A stretch of DNA of 64,000 nt from Escherichia coli (GCF_041886205.1 NZ_CP169029.1); one strand, 5' to 3'; shown: positions 9,081 through 16,996, numbered from the stretch's first letter. Notes: generated from the letters alone by a model not told the origin. Numbers and translations: made by a program.

Positions 9081-9656
9081 ATGAGGACTTTTATCTACTG
9101 CCGCGTTTCAACACGCGAGCAGGATACGCAGAATCAGGTGCTGGCTATTGAGCGTGCCGGGTATAAGGTGCCGGAGAGCAGGGTAATCAGCGAGGACATT
9201 TCCGGCAGCGTTCAGGCTATGCAGCGCCCTAAGTTCCGGGCGATGGTTGAGCACAAGCTGGAAGCGGGAGATCAGCTTGTCGTGCTGAAACTGGACAGGC
9301 TGGGGCGTGACAACATCGATGTGCAGCAGACCATCGACATGCTGTTAGAACGCGGCGTGAAGGTGGTGTCTCTTGACCTGCCAGCGCGTGATCTGACTTC
9401 ATCTGAGGGCAAGCTAATCCGCCAGATGTTTGGAGCCTTTGCTGAGTTCGAGCGAAACCGTATCCGTGAGAGGACGCTGGACGGGCTGGAGAAGGCGAAA
9501 GCCAATGGCGTTAAGCTGGGACGCAAGGAAGCCACCGACACCACTCAAAAGGTGCAGGAGTTGCGGAGTGAGGGACTGTCTCAATCGAAGGTAGCGAAGC
9601 GTCTCGGCGTTAGCGTGAGCACCGTTAAACGCCACTGGAACAAGGGCGAGGGGTGA
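9081..9656 (+). CDS. small serine recombinase (resolvase/invertase family), 191 aa
   Basis: N-terminal catalytic motif 'IYCRVSTREQ' (Ser nucleophile), then 'VLKLDRLGRD' and 'FAEFERNRIRERT', with a C-terminal HTH 'SQSKVAKRLGVSVSTVKRH'. Confidence 0.88.
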   Translation: MRTFIYCRVSTREQDTQNQVLAIERAGYKVPESRVISEDISGSVQAMQRPKFRAMVEHKLEAGDQLVVLKLDRLGRDNIDVQQTIDMLLERGVKVVSLDLPARDLTSSEGKLIRQMFGAFAEFERNRIRERTLDGLEKAKANGVKLGRKEATDTTQKVQELRSEGLSQSKVAKRLGVSVSTVKRHWNKGEG

Positions 9657-10737
9657 TGACCTACAAGCGAACGAGGTGCTACGACTGGCCGTTACTGGGC
9701 TGTGGGTGATGGATGACCTACAGTTTTTATATGGATATCAGGGTGTCATGTTATGCGTAATATCGTAATGATATGATTTATAATGTATTTTCGTATTACT
9801 TGCGGCTCTCGATGTGAAGAGGTGGCGGGGCTTTAGCCGTGCCAGACGATGAACATCGAGATCAGATTGTGAATGTGATTCATCACTGAACAATTCGGGG
9901 GATGGGGAGGGAAGGGGAGCAAGAGGTAATTGGTTACGTTCGGCGGCTGGGCTGAATCCTCTCTGTTCCCTGATTAACTTATTTCAGCGTACATGTGTAC
10001 ACTTAACTAATTATCTAGCCTCCCCTACTTACTTATCCTCCCCTCGGGAGGTACGCGCTGCACCTCGTTTACACGTCCCGTCCGCCTGCCGGAGACAGGG
10101 CTTCGCCCCTTCTCCAGACCTCTTCCCCTGCTGCGCTTCTCGCTCGCTTTGCTCTCTGTGATGCTCGGTGCTCATCGCTGCCACGCTTGCCGCACTGGCT
10201 AGGTGGCGGGGGTATACAGTGACACGACATTAACCATAGTTATTTGCACTTTACTGGTAATGGCACTGTATTCTCCATGCCATCTTCACTGTCTGCCGCC
10301 TGCCATTCTTTAGGATTCCATCCCTTAACATTCCGCGCTCGCTCTGCATATCTGGCGACACATTATCAAAATGTATCTTTCATAATTTTATAATCAATAC
10401 AATGAATTACATCTTTAATATTTAAAGGCTACTAATAAGGAAAGCTGGAACATACCTTTCCTGCTTTTAAACCTACGTGAATTGTTTTGTTAACTCCTCT
10501 CGGCCTAGACGCAACAAGGCTTTACCGGGCGTTGCAATCAGTTAAACCGCTAGAAAGCGGCTACTGTGGCAAGACGAACACCACTCGCTTGTGCATCCGT
10601 AGTTACCTACATGAGAGTGACTGCTAAGGATAGGCGGAACATTGTCACCAACACCGACAACGAAACCTCCACTACGGGAATGCAACCAATTCCCTGCGGA
10701 GCCTTTCAAATCCAAACCATTTACTGGAGTCTGTACA

Positions 10738-12582
10738 ATGCCAACAATTTTAGAGCGGCTGCTGGCGCATGCCGACAGGGCTGATGTGCTCAATGTGGGG
10801 TGCGCGGATGCTCAACAATTAATTGCAGATAAGGTTGTTATTCCCCGTTCCAAGTTGTGTCCTGTCAGTGGTAAGCCCGTTAAAGCTGTGTTTAATACTG
10901 AGCAGAACGTATTTTATTTTCACGCTGATGGTTCGGTTATGACTTTCCGCGAATGGAAAATCATAAACGGGATTGGCCGCAAGATACACGCCCGACGCGC
11001 TGATGCTGGGCTTCGTCAGGTTATTCAGCCCGGTGATGCAACTCACTGCCGACGCGCTGAGATTGAGCAGTGGCTGGACAAGAAGCCTGCTCGTTATGTT
11101 GACCCGCTGCCGCCAGACTTCCCCGGCGTTCGTGTCGATGACGCTGCACTTAAACCGCGTGAACACTCCATTCCAGAATCGACAACCGGGCAGAATGCTT
11201 TTCTCAAAGCCTGCCGCGAGTTCCTGATTTGTGATGAGAAGACCATGCACCGTATCAACAGGGGCATGAATAAACTGGAAGCGATGCGCAATACAGATTT
11301 CAAACGCTACGGGGACTCAGCGGAGTTTCGTCAATTGTGGTGTGGAGAGTCGAAACCTGCCGAGGATAAATTTAACAGTACAAATCATCATTGTGACCCG
11401 AACGGCTTGGCTGCATTGCCGTCTGTGCCGTCACTGAATACTGCGCCGTATGAGTTCCGCCCGCTGGCTCGCTGTGACCGAAACGCACGCGTTAGCCTGC
11501 TGCCACCTGATGGGCTGGAGTGGAGGCCGGGGCAGTTGTCTGTTGCTGATGTGATCTTTTCCCGTGGTGGTGATGTGCTGGCCGTTCTTCCCACGGGTTA
11601 TGGCAAAAGTGCTGCCTTCACTTACCCATTGATTTATGAGTCCCGTGCTGGCGTTGGTCTGTCTGTAATCGTTGTTCCTACTAATACCCTTAAACGCCAG
11701 ATTCTCCGACAGTTGCGGGAAGCGGGCGTTCACGCAGTGGCCTTTGGCGATAAGCTACCGAAGCACCGCAACGCGCAACAACTGGCGGGGCTGGCTGCCG
11801 GGGCGTTCCGTGTTGCTGTTGTTTCGCCTGAACATCTGGTTCCGTCGAATCAGGTTTTCGCGGCGCTGATGGCTTACGGTGTTGATCGTTTTATCATCGA
11901 CGAAGCGCACACGGTTAAAGACTGGGATTTTCGGCCTGCTTACGAGGCAATGCAGCACTCGCTACAACATGCCTTTCCTTCGGCTCAGCGCTGCGTGTTT
12001 ACGGCTACGCTACTACGTGAAAATGAGCGCGGTTTAATGGAGTCGCTGGGATGCCGTGGCGATTACGTCACATTCCGTGCTGATGTTGCTCGCGAGAATA
12101 TCCAGTTGATTCCGGTCAGGCAGTGCCGCCAGCGATACCGCGCGGCTGTTGGTCTGGTCGAGGCTCTGCCGAAGGAAGAGAAGACCCTCATTCTCGTCAA
12201 TGACCTTAAGACCTTGCGGGCGTACCTGAAACTCTTAGGCGACCGGGCGCGGCCATATCACTCGAAGACGATGCACCTGAGTAACGAAGAACGCCACGCA
12301 AACGCTGAGTGGTTTGCCACTACGCCGGGCGCAATTCTGGTTGCGACTAAAGCTTTCGGACTGGGGGCTGATGTTCCCGATATCCGTAACGTTATCGTGA
12401 CTTACATTCCTGATGACCTGCCTGATCTCGTTCAGATGATTGGACGAGCCGGGCGCGATGGTCAACCTGCCCGCGCGTTTCTGCTGTGGTCATCTCTGGC
12501 GCTGGATGCTGCGCCTGATGAGCTTGCTTACTTCTACCGCGCTGAAAACTGCAACTGGGATTACATCTCCCGCTTCCTCTGA
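10738..12582 (+). CDS. RecQ-family superfamily-2 helicase with a ~270-aa N-terminal region of unknown family
   Basis: Motif 0 'WRPGQ', I 'LPTGYGKSAAF', II 'IIDEAHTV', III 'TATL', V 'VATKAFGLGADVPD', VI 'QMIGRAGRDGQ'. The start is chosen at 'MPTILERL' after 'ggag'. The 32-codon upstream extension in the ORF track is probably not translated. Confidence 0.8.
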   Translation: MPTILERLLAHADRADVLNVGCADAQQLIADKVVIPRSKLCPVSGKPVKAVFNTEQNVFYFHADGSVMTFREWKIINGIGRKIHARRADAGLRQVIQPGDATHCRRAEIEQWLDKKPARYVDPLPPDFPGVRVDDAALKPREHSIPESTTGQNAFLKACREFLICDEKTMHRINRGMNKLEAMRNTDFKRYGDSAEFRQLWCGESKPAEDKFNSTNHHCDPNGLAALPSVPSLNTAPYEFRPLARCDRNARVSLLPPDGLEWRPGQLSVADVIFSRGGDVLAVLPTGYGKSAAFTYPLIYESRAGVGLSVIVVPTNTLKRQILRQLREAGVHAVAFGDKLPKHRNAQQLAGLAAGAFRVAVVSPEHLVPSNQVFAALMAYGVDRFIIDEAHTVKDWDFRPAYEAMQHSLQHAFPSAQRCVFTATLLRENERGLMESLGCRGDYVTFRADVARENIQLIPVRQCRQRYRAAVGLVEALPKEEKTLILVNDLKTLRAYLKLLGDRARPYHSKTMHLSNEERHANAEWFATTPGAILVATKAFGLGADVPDIRNVIVTYIPDDLPDLVQMIGRAGRDGQPARAFLLWSSLALDAAPDELAYFYRAENCNWDYISRFL

Positions 12583-12627
12583 GTTAACTGGCTCGCCTGT
12601 TTAAATTCTTTTCTGGAGAAAATTTGT

Positions 12628-13062
12628 ATGCCTGATGAAACCGCGCTGCATCGCGCGGGGCGTTCTGACGCCCTGATTAATGCACAACTCGCCTTTGCCC
12701 TGAACGGGTATTCATTTGACGGACTGGCGTCACGCCATGTTCACGCTCTTAATCGTGAGGCCATATTGCGCCGGGTAAGCTCGCCACTACAGCGGTATTG
12801 CCTGCTGAATGATTGCGAGCCGTGGGAATGCATCGCGGCGGTGTTGAACAGATTCCGACGCCGGGAGGATGGCTCTCGCGTTTGGCCGACCTACCGCATG
12901 GCTCGCGAGATATTTAACGGAACTGTTCACCCGGATATTAAGACGCGCGATGAGATATTCCAGTCTGTACAACGCCGCCTCTTTTTACCAAAACCAGTAC
13001 ACGCCGAAGTAATTCAGTATCTGCGCGTAATGGGGCTGATAGGAGTTAATCCGCATGACTAA
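12628..13062 (+). CDS. hypothetical protein, 144 aa
   Basis: RBS 'ggagaa', and its 3' end overlaps the next ORF. No family recognised. Confidence 0.55.
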   Translation: MPDETALHRAGRSDALINAQLAFALNGYSFDGLASRHVHALNREAILRRVSSPLQRYCLLNDCEPWECIAAVLNRFRRREDGSRVWPTYRMAREIFNGTVHPDIKTRDEIFQSVQRRLFLPKPVHAEVIQYLRVMGLIGVNPHD

Positions 13063-13261
13063 AACCGAGTTTGAAAATGAAACGTGGCGGATGAAAGGCT
13101 TGCTCCTTGGAGCGCTAATTCGCCGCCTTGAGGAAGACAAGGTTGGTGAGTCGCGCATGGCCGCAGCGGAGTTATCCAGTGCGGTCAACTTCCTTAAGGC
13201 CAATGCCGTAGAAGCGCCGGACACGTCATTTAACCGTGTATTTGAGGATGACGAGCAATGA
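13055..13261 (+). CDS. hypothetical 68-aa helical protein (weak resemblance to small phage DNA-packaging subunits)
   Basis: Translationally coupled on both sides (ATGA overlaps). 'AAAELSSAVNFLKANAV' resembles a motif I associate with small terminase subunits. This is a very tentative link. Confidence 0.45.
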   Translation: MTKTEFENETWRMKGLLLGALIRRLEEDKVGESRMAAAELSSAVNFLKANAVEAPDTSFNRVFEDDEQ

Positions 13262-13434
13262 CACCCGCAGAGTTTAGAGCTTGGTTTGCAACCCTGCCGC
13301 CGAACTATCAGAGCGCAGCACGAGCCATGTATGAAAGCGCCCGCAAGACGGGAACACATACCGCTTCCAGCCTGTTACTCATTCGCTCGCTGATTGAAGA
13401 TCAAATCAATTTCGATGGAGATTTTACTCTATGA
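13258..13434 (+). CDS. hypothetical 58-aa protein (below the ORF-track size cut-off)
   Basis: Its ATG overlaps the upstream stop (caATGa), and its stop overlaps the next start (ctATGAg). It fills an otherwise empty slot in a tightly packed operon. Confidence 0.45.
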   Translation: MTPAEFRAWFATLPPNYQSAARAMYESARKTGTHTASSLLLIRSLIEDQINFDGDFTL

Positions 13435-13994
13435 GAGTTTTAAACCTGACCGATATTCAGCGCATTAATACCCTTGTGAAGCGCGACCTTCTCAATGTGG
13501 AGGAGGTTGTCGCTGCAACCGGATTCGACCCGGTAGATGTGGACGCGGTGCTGAGAGGCGTCTATGTCGCCGATCTTGCCAGCCAGTGGAAGGACGACGC
13601 CGCTATCTCACTGGAGGAATACAACGCTATCCGTAAGCGCTGGAAACCGGGGCGCGGTCACTGGGACACTGCACACGCCATTGCACGCGATTTTCTAATC
13701 CGGCCTGAAACGGTATTAGCTATCGCCCATTCCCGCTTTAGCAATGCCCAAACGCACCCGATGCCGAAAGCTGTTAAAGCGAAGCCTGAGAAGCCGCAGA
13801 CGATGCGCCGCCTGTCTGGCGCTGATCTTGACGAGGCGCACAAGCTGGAGCGCTTTGGCTGGCCTGTTGCTGAGATTGCCGGAAAGCTTGAAATTCCAGT
13901 CGAAGCGGCTGCTCAAGCGCTGCGCCTGATGCGTAATCGCTGGAGCTATCCCGATATTTTAGAAGACGTTAACGCGCGATACGGGGCTAAGTGA
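13431..13994 (+). CDS. hypothetical 187-aa protein with HTH-like segments
   Basis: Coupled to its neighbours. 'GWPVAEIAGKLEIPVEAAAQALRLM' looks like a helix-turn-helix. Confidence 0.5.
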   Translation: MRVLNLTDIQRINTLVKRDLLNVEEVVAATGFDPVDVDAVLRGVYVADLASQWKDDAAISLEEYNAIRKRWKPGRGHWDTAHAIARDFLIRPETVLAIAHSRFSNAQTHPMPKAVKAKPEKPQTMRRLSGADLDEAHKLERFGWPVAEIAGKLEIPVEAAAQALRLMRNRWSYPDILEDVNARYGAK

Positions 13995-14230
13995 TGGCAG
14001 AGCATAACGAACCACTGCATCCCGCAGTTAACCCTGATCTCTATGTGAATCTTGATGAACAACGCGAGGGATACGCGCCGATTGAATCACGGGGCTGGGG
14101 TGTGTTGACGCAGAACCTGACCGGGGAAGGGCGAACCGACTCCAGCCAAACGCTTAACCAGAATCGAAGACAACGCCCGCGCGGCTCTGTTGGTGAACGC
14201 CGTTGGCTTCGCAGGCATGGGTTACTTTAA
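13991..14230 (+). CDS. small hypothetical gene, possibly frameshifted at a G4 run (alternative 3' end at 14246)
   Basis: The tail of frame A is Arg-rich and looks non-native. The other frame, from 14121, reads 'PGKGEPTPAKRLTRIEDNARAALLVNAVGFAGMGYFNEELP*' and ends in an ATGA overlap with the next gene. Confidence 0.4.
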   Translation: MMAEHNEPLHPAVNPDLYVNLDEQREGYAPIESRGWGVLTQNLTGEGRTDSSQTLNQNRRQRPRGSVGERRWLRRHGLL

Positions 14231-14242
14231 CGAGGAATTACC

Positions 14243-14482
14243 ATGAGCAAAACCATTGTACTGTTGCCGCCCCGAAAGAATACCGACTGGGCTGCACAAT
14301 TAAAGCTGATTTCTGAATCGCTTGAGGTGAGTCAGGCAGACCTTGCCCGCGCCTATCAGGTTGACCGTCAGGATATGGGGAAAGCGTATCACGGTGTACG
14401 CAAACTGCCGGAGCGATGTGTGCCTGTTCATATGCTGTTGTTAGCGCAGGTTCACGACTTTAGAGCATTATCAGGAGAATAA
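14243..14482 (+). CDS. hypothetical 79-aa protein with putative HTH
   Basis: RBS 'gagga'. 'LEVSQADLARAYQVDRQDMGKAY' is HTH-like. Confidence 0.5.
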   Translation: MSKTIVLLPPRKNTDWAAQLKLISESLEVSQADLARAYQVDRQDMGKAYHGVRKLPERCVPVHMLLLAQVHDFRALSGE

Positions 14483-14485
14483 TTT

Positions 14486-15166
14486 ATGTCTGATCAGAAT
14501 GTTAATCCGTACCTTTCCGGTGGTGATGCTGCACCGCAGCAATCGCCATACATGGCCGCACCAGTGGGCGCTGACAATGGCGCATCTCGCTTTAGCGCTG
14601 AGCCTGCTGATGCTGATTTCCTCCGTACCCAGCCCGTTAACGGCAATGATGGCGGCCAATGGAATAATAGCAATATTGCTAATCAGCAAGACCGGAACAC
14701 TGACAGCGCCGAGGCGCAGGTGGGCGATACTATCCCCCTGATGGATGGAACAGCTATTGAGTACACCGCCGAGCTACAAGGTTTAATGGGGCAGTTTCAC
14801 CAGTCCATAGAAAGCCAGCTAGGGCAGGGTACAGTTGACGCTATGTTGCAGTACGCTGGCACGCTCGATGCCGGGACTCAATCAACCCTTGAACGGATGG
14901 TTATGTCTGGCGACCCTGCACAGATGCAGCGGGCGGTTCAGTATCTGCAAGAGCGTATGGCTGGCGGTTCCATTACCGGTTACGTCCCGAACGGCCAGAC
15001 CGCCGCGCAACCTGTCGGAATGTCTCATGCTGAGTTTATTGCAGCGTATGACCAGCTTTCGCAGTGGGCACAGCAATCAGGGTATGGCCCCGGCCATCGT
15101 CAGTACGACGAGCAATACCGCGCTCTGGTTGCGCAGCGCTCCGCTGGCAAACGTGCTGGCCGCTAA
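14486..15166 (+). CDS. acidic/Gln-rich 226-aa protein resembling T7-group scaffolding protein (gp9) in its C-terminal half
   Basis: The N-terminus is disordered. The C-terminal segment 'VDAMLQYAGTLDAGTQSTLERMV...GMSHAEFIAAYDQL...YDEQYRALVAQRS' parallels T7 gp9 '..FDALYNHLETHNPEAAQSLDNAL...GFADRSEMIKAMSDPRY..YRRQVEQKV', recalled from memory. It lies upstream of the capsid-like ORF, as in T7. Confidence 0.45.
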   Translation: MSDQNVNPYLSGGDAAPQQSPYMAAPVGADNGASRFSAEPADADFLRTQPVNGNDGGQWNNSNIANQQDRNTDSAEAQVGDTIPLMDGTAIEYTAELQGLMGQFHQSIESQLGQGTVDAMLQYAGTLDAGTQSTLERMVMSGDPAQMQRAVQYLQERMAGGSITGYVPNGQTAAQPVGMSHAEFIAAYDQLSQWAQQSGYGPGHRQYDEQYRALVAQRSAGKRAGR

Positions 15167-15325
15167 GCAATCGCCCGTCCTGTCTTCTCCGCGTCTTAAC
15201 CTTACGTTTTAGAGCCTGAATCGCGTTGTACATCGCCAGATGTGTATTCGTACACCTGCGCCTGTAAAACGCGAAATTACCTCTCAAACACCACACATAA
15301 ACCCACTTTGCATTGAGATCTGACA

Positions 15326-15673
15326 ATGACCTTACTGACACCTGAAAACGTGGCAGCGGCTAGGGCTGCCCGTAGTGCGAGGATTGAACACTGGAAAGCC
15401 AACGCCAGCCAGCTTAAACAGGACTTTGCTGACGAAGCGCACTGGCGGCGGCTCGCCTCACTCTACGGCGTGCGTATGCCCTCGGCGTATGTTCCCGGCT
15501 CTGAGCTGCGATTGTTGCGCAGGGCGGCCAAACGCGCGGGCATCTCTGGTGCTGACATGCGCGATGCTTTCGGTGGAGGCGTTGCGCACCTGCACGAGCT
15601 TAATCCCCACTGGCCTGCTTTCGCGCTTATCGGCCTGATTCTTGAGATCGCGGCTGAAAAAGCTGCTGCCTGA
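15326..15673 (+). CDS. hypothetical protein, 115 aa
   Basis: An ORF in the operon with no family recognised. Confidence 0.45.
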   Translation: MTLLTPENVAAARAARSARIEHWKANASQLKQDFADEAHWRRLASLYGVRMPSAYVPGSELRLLRRAAKRAGISGADMRDAFGGGVAHLHELNPHWPAFALIGLILEIAAEKAAA

Positions 15674-15740
15674 CCCGTCACATTCTCTTTTCCCATTTCT
15701 ATAAATCGCGCTGGCTATAGCTGGCGCGGGAGCTATTCCT

Positions 15741-16553
15741 ATGACTGACAATGTTTATACCCCTGATCAATTCCGCCCGCACTGGGGCGGTGTAGGTGCT
15801 GACAACGACATTCACATTGAAGCGTATGACCGGGACGTTCAGACCCGTCTTGAGGCAAAGAGCGTCTTTCTGGCCGAGGGGCTGAGCACATACAAGCCGC
15901 TGAAAGCCAGCAACCATTACCGCATTGATCGCCTGAGTGGTGATCTTGAGGTGAAGGGCAGAACCTCAGGGCAATCGCTGGAGCCTACCGCTGTTAAGTC
16001 GGACAAGCTGATTATCTCTGTGGATACGCTGAGTTATATCCGCATCCCGATTGATTATCAGGATGACTGGACTGCACCCACCTTTCGCGCAGAGCTGAGC
16101 CGCAATATCGGCACTGCGCACGCTAAGTTCTACGACGAAGCGCACACCATCCAGTTAATCAAAGCGACTGACTTTGTACCGCCGCCGACACTGCAACCAA
16201 CGTTTAACCCGCTTACCGGGCAATGCACCCAGCTTACAGAGAGGATAAATAAGATGATAACCACGATTAAGCTGAGGTGGCGGTACATCGAGCCGCCGCC
16301 AATGACTGGCGCACTTGCTGACCTGAAACAATGGGTAATTGATGCCGGAGAGCCTGAGCTTGAAGATGAATTTCGTAAGCTGCTGGGGCTGATGCGTCGC
16401 AATGGTATCAGTGATGAACGTGTTAAGGCGATTGCTGATGAGCTTTATGCTCTGGTATGCCAACGCCAGCGCGAAGAATACGAAGCCTGCAAGCGGGCTG
16501 CCTCTGACAATGGAGACTTTGAATCATGGTTACACGGACAGACCAACTACTAA
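15741..16553 (+). CDS. 270-aa protein; its N-terminal ~150 aa resemble the N-terminal part of T7-group major capsid protein (gp10), and its C-terminal ~120 aa are unrelated
   Basis: RBS 'gggag'. 'KSDKLIISVDTLSYIRIPIDYQDDWTAPTFRAELSRNIGTAHAKFYDEAHTIQLIKA' parallels T7 gp10 'HTEKVITIDGLLTADVLIYDIEDAMNHYDVRSEYTSQLGESLAMAADGAVLAEIAG', recalled rather than computed. It is too short to form a complete HK97-fold capsid protein. Confidence 0.45.
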   Translation: MTDNVYTPDQFRPHWGGVGADNDIHIEAYDRDVQTRLEAKSVFLAEGLSTYKPLKASNHYRIDRLSGDLEVKGRTSGQSLEPTAVKSDKLIISVDTLSYIRIPIDYQDDWTAPTFRAELSRNIGTAHAKFYDEAHTIQLIKATDFVPPPTLQPTFNPLTGQCTQLTERINKMITTIKLRWRYIEPPPMTGALADLKQWVIDAGEPELEDEFRKLLGLMRRNGISDERVKAIADELYALVCQRQREEYEACKRAASDNGDFESWLHGQTNY

Positions 16554-16561
16554 GAAAAGTG

Positions 16562-16954
16562 ATGCGGGGCTATTTGGAACACCTCGGCAATATACCGCTG
16601 GCGGAACGGATTACAAACGCTGCTGCATTCGAAGATGTTTATCGCTTCCTGTTGAATGGTTCCGGGCGGCTGGAGCTGCGCCGTGCTGACGTGGCTGCTG
16701 TCCGTGTCTTCTTGTGGAATTATCAGTACCGTCGCTGTGCGGTGACAGGTAAGCCGCTGCGCCTTGCGTCTGCCGTGCTGGATCACTGCCACCGAACCGG
16801 GCGCGTGCGTGCTGTGGTGCATCGTTCTGCTAATGCTGCCGAGGGCGGCTATCACGTAGGGCGTTTGTGCGGTATGTCCCCAACCAGCATGGGGGCGATG
16901 CTGAGTTGCTATCGCCAGCAATATAAAGGACTCGGCATTATTTATCCGAAATGA
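16562..16954 (+). CDS. endonuclease VII-like protein (start uncertain: 16526 or 16562)
   Basis: 'LDHCHRTGRVRAVVHRSANAAEG' matches the recombination endonuclease VII core 'DHDHxTGxVRGLLCxxCNxxLG'. The Cys residues of the Zn cluster are replaced here. Confidence 0.6.
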   Translation: MRGYLEHLGNIPLAERITNAAAFEDVYRFLLNGSGRLELRRADVAAVRVFLWNYQYRRCAVTGKPLRLASAVLDHCHRTGRVRAVVHRSANAAEGGYHVGRLCGMSPTSMGAMLSCYRQQYKGLGIIYPK

Positions 16955-16996
16955 CGGGGCTACTATGCCCCGTATTTTAACTGGCGGGAGGTGTTA

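Noticed and set aside
10211-10240. A possible phage-RNAP (SP6/T3-like) promoter, 'ggtatacagtgacacgacattaaccatag'.
   Set aside because: Only a partial match to SP6 'aggtgacactatag' or T3 'attaaccctcactaaag' cores. The critical -5 to +1 positions do not match, so there is not enough evidence by eye.
10542-10793. ORFs 10542-10793 (-) and 10566-10784 (+), and the 10642 start of the helicase ORF.
   Set aside because: They are mutually overlapping with no RBS. The helicase has a good 'ggag' RBS and ATG at 10738, so the upstream extension is probably leader sequence.
15274-15296. A possible T3/T7-like promoter, 'aaattacctctcaaacaccaca', upstream of the capsid-like region.
   Set aside because: About 11 of 17 positions match the T3 consensus and the 'ctaaaggga' end is missing. 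This is suggestive in context but below what I would call a site.
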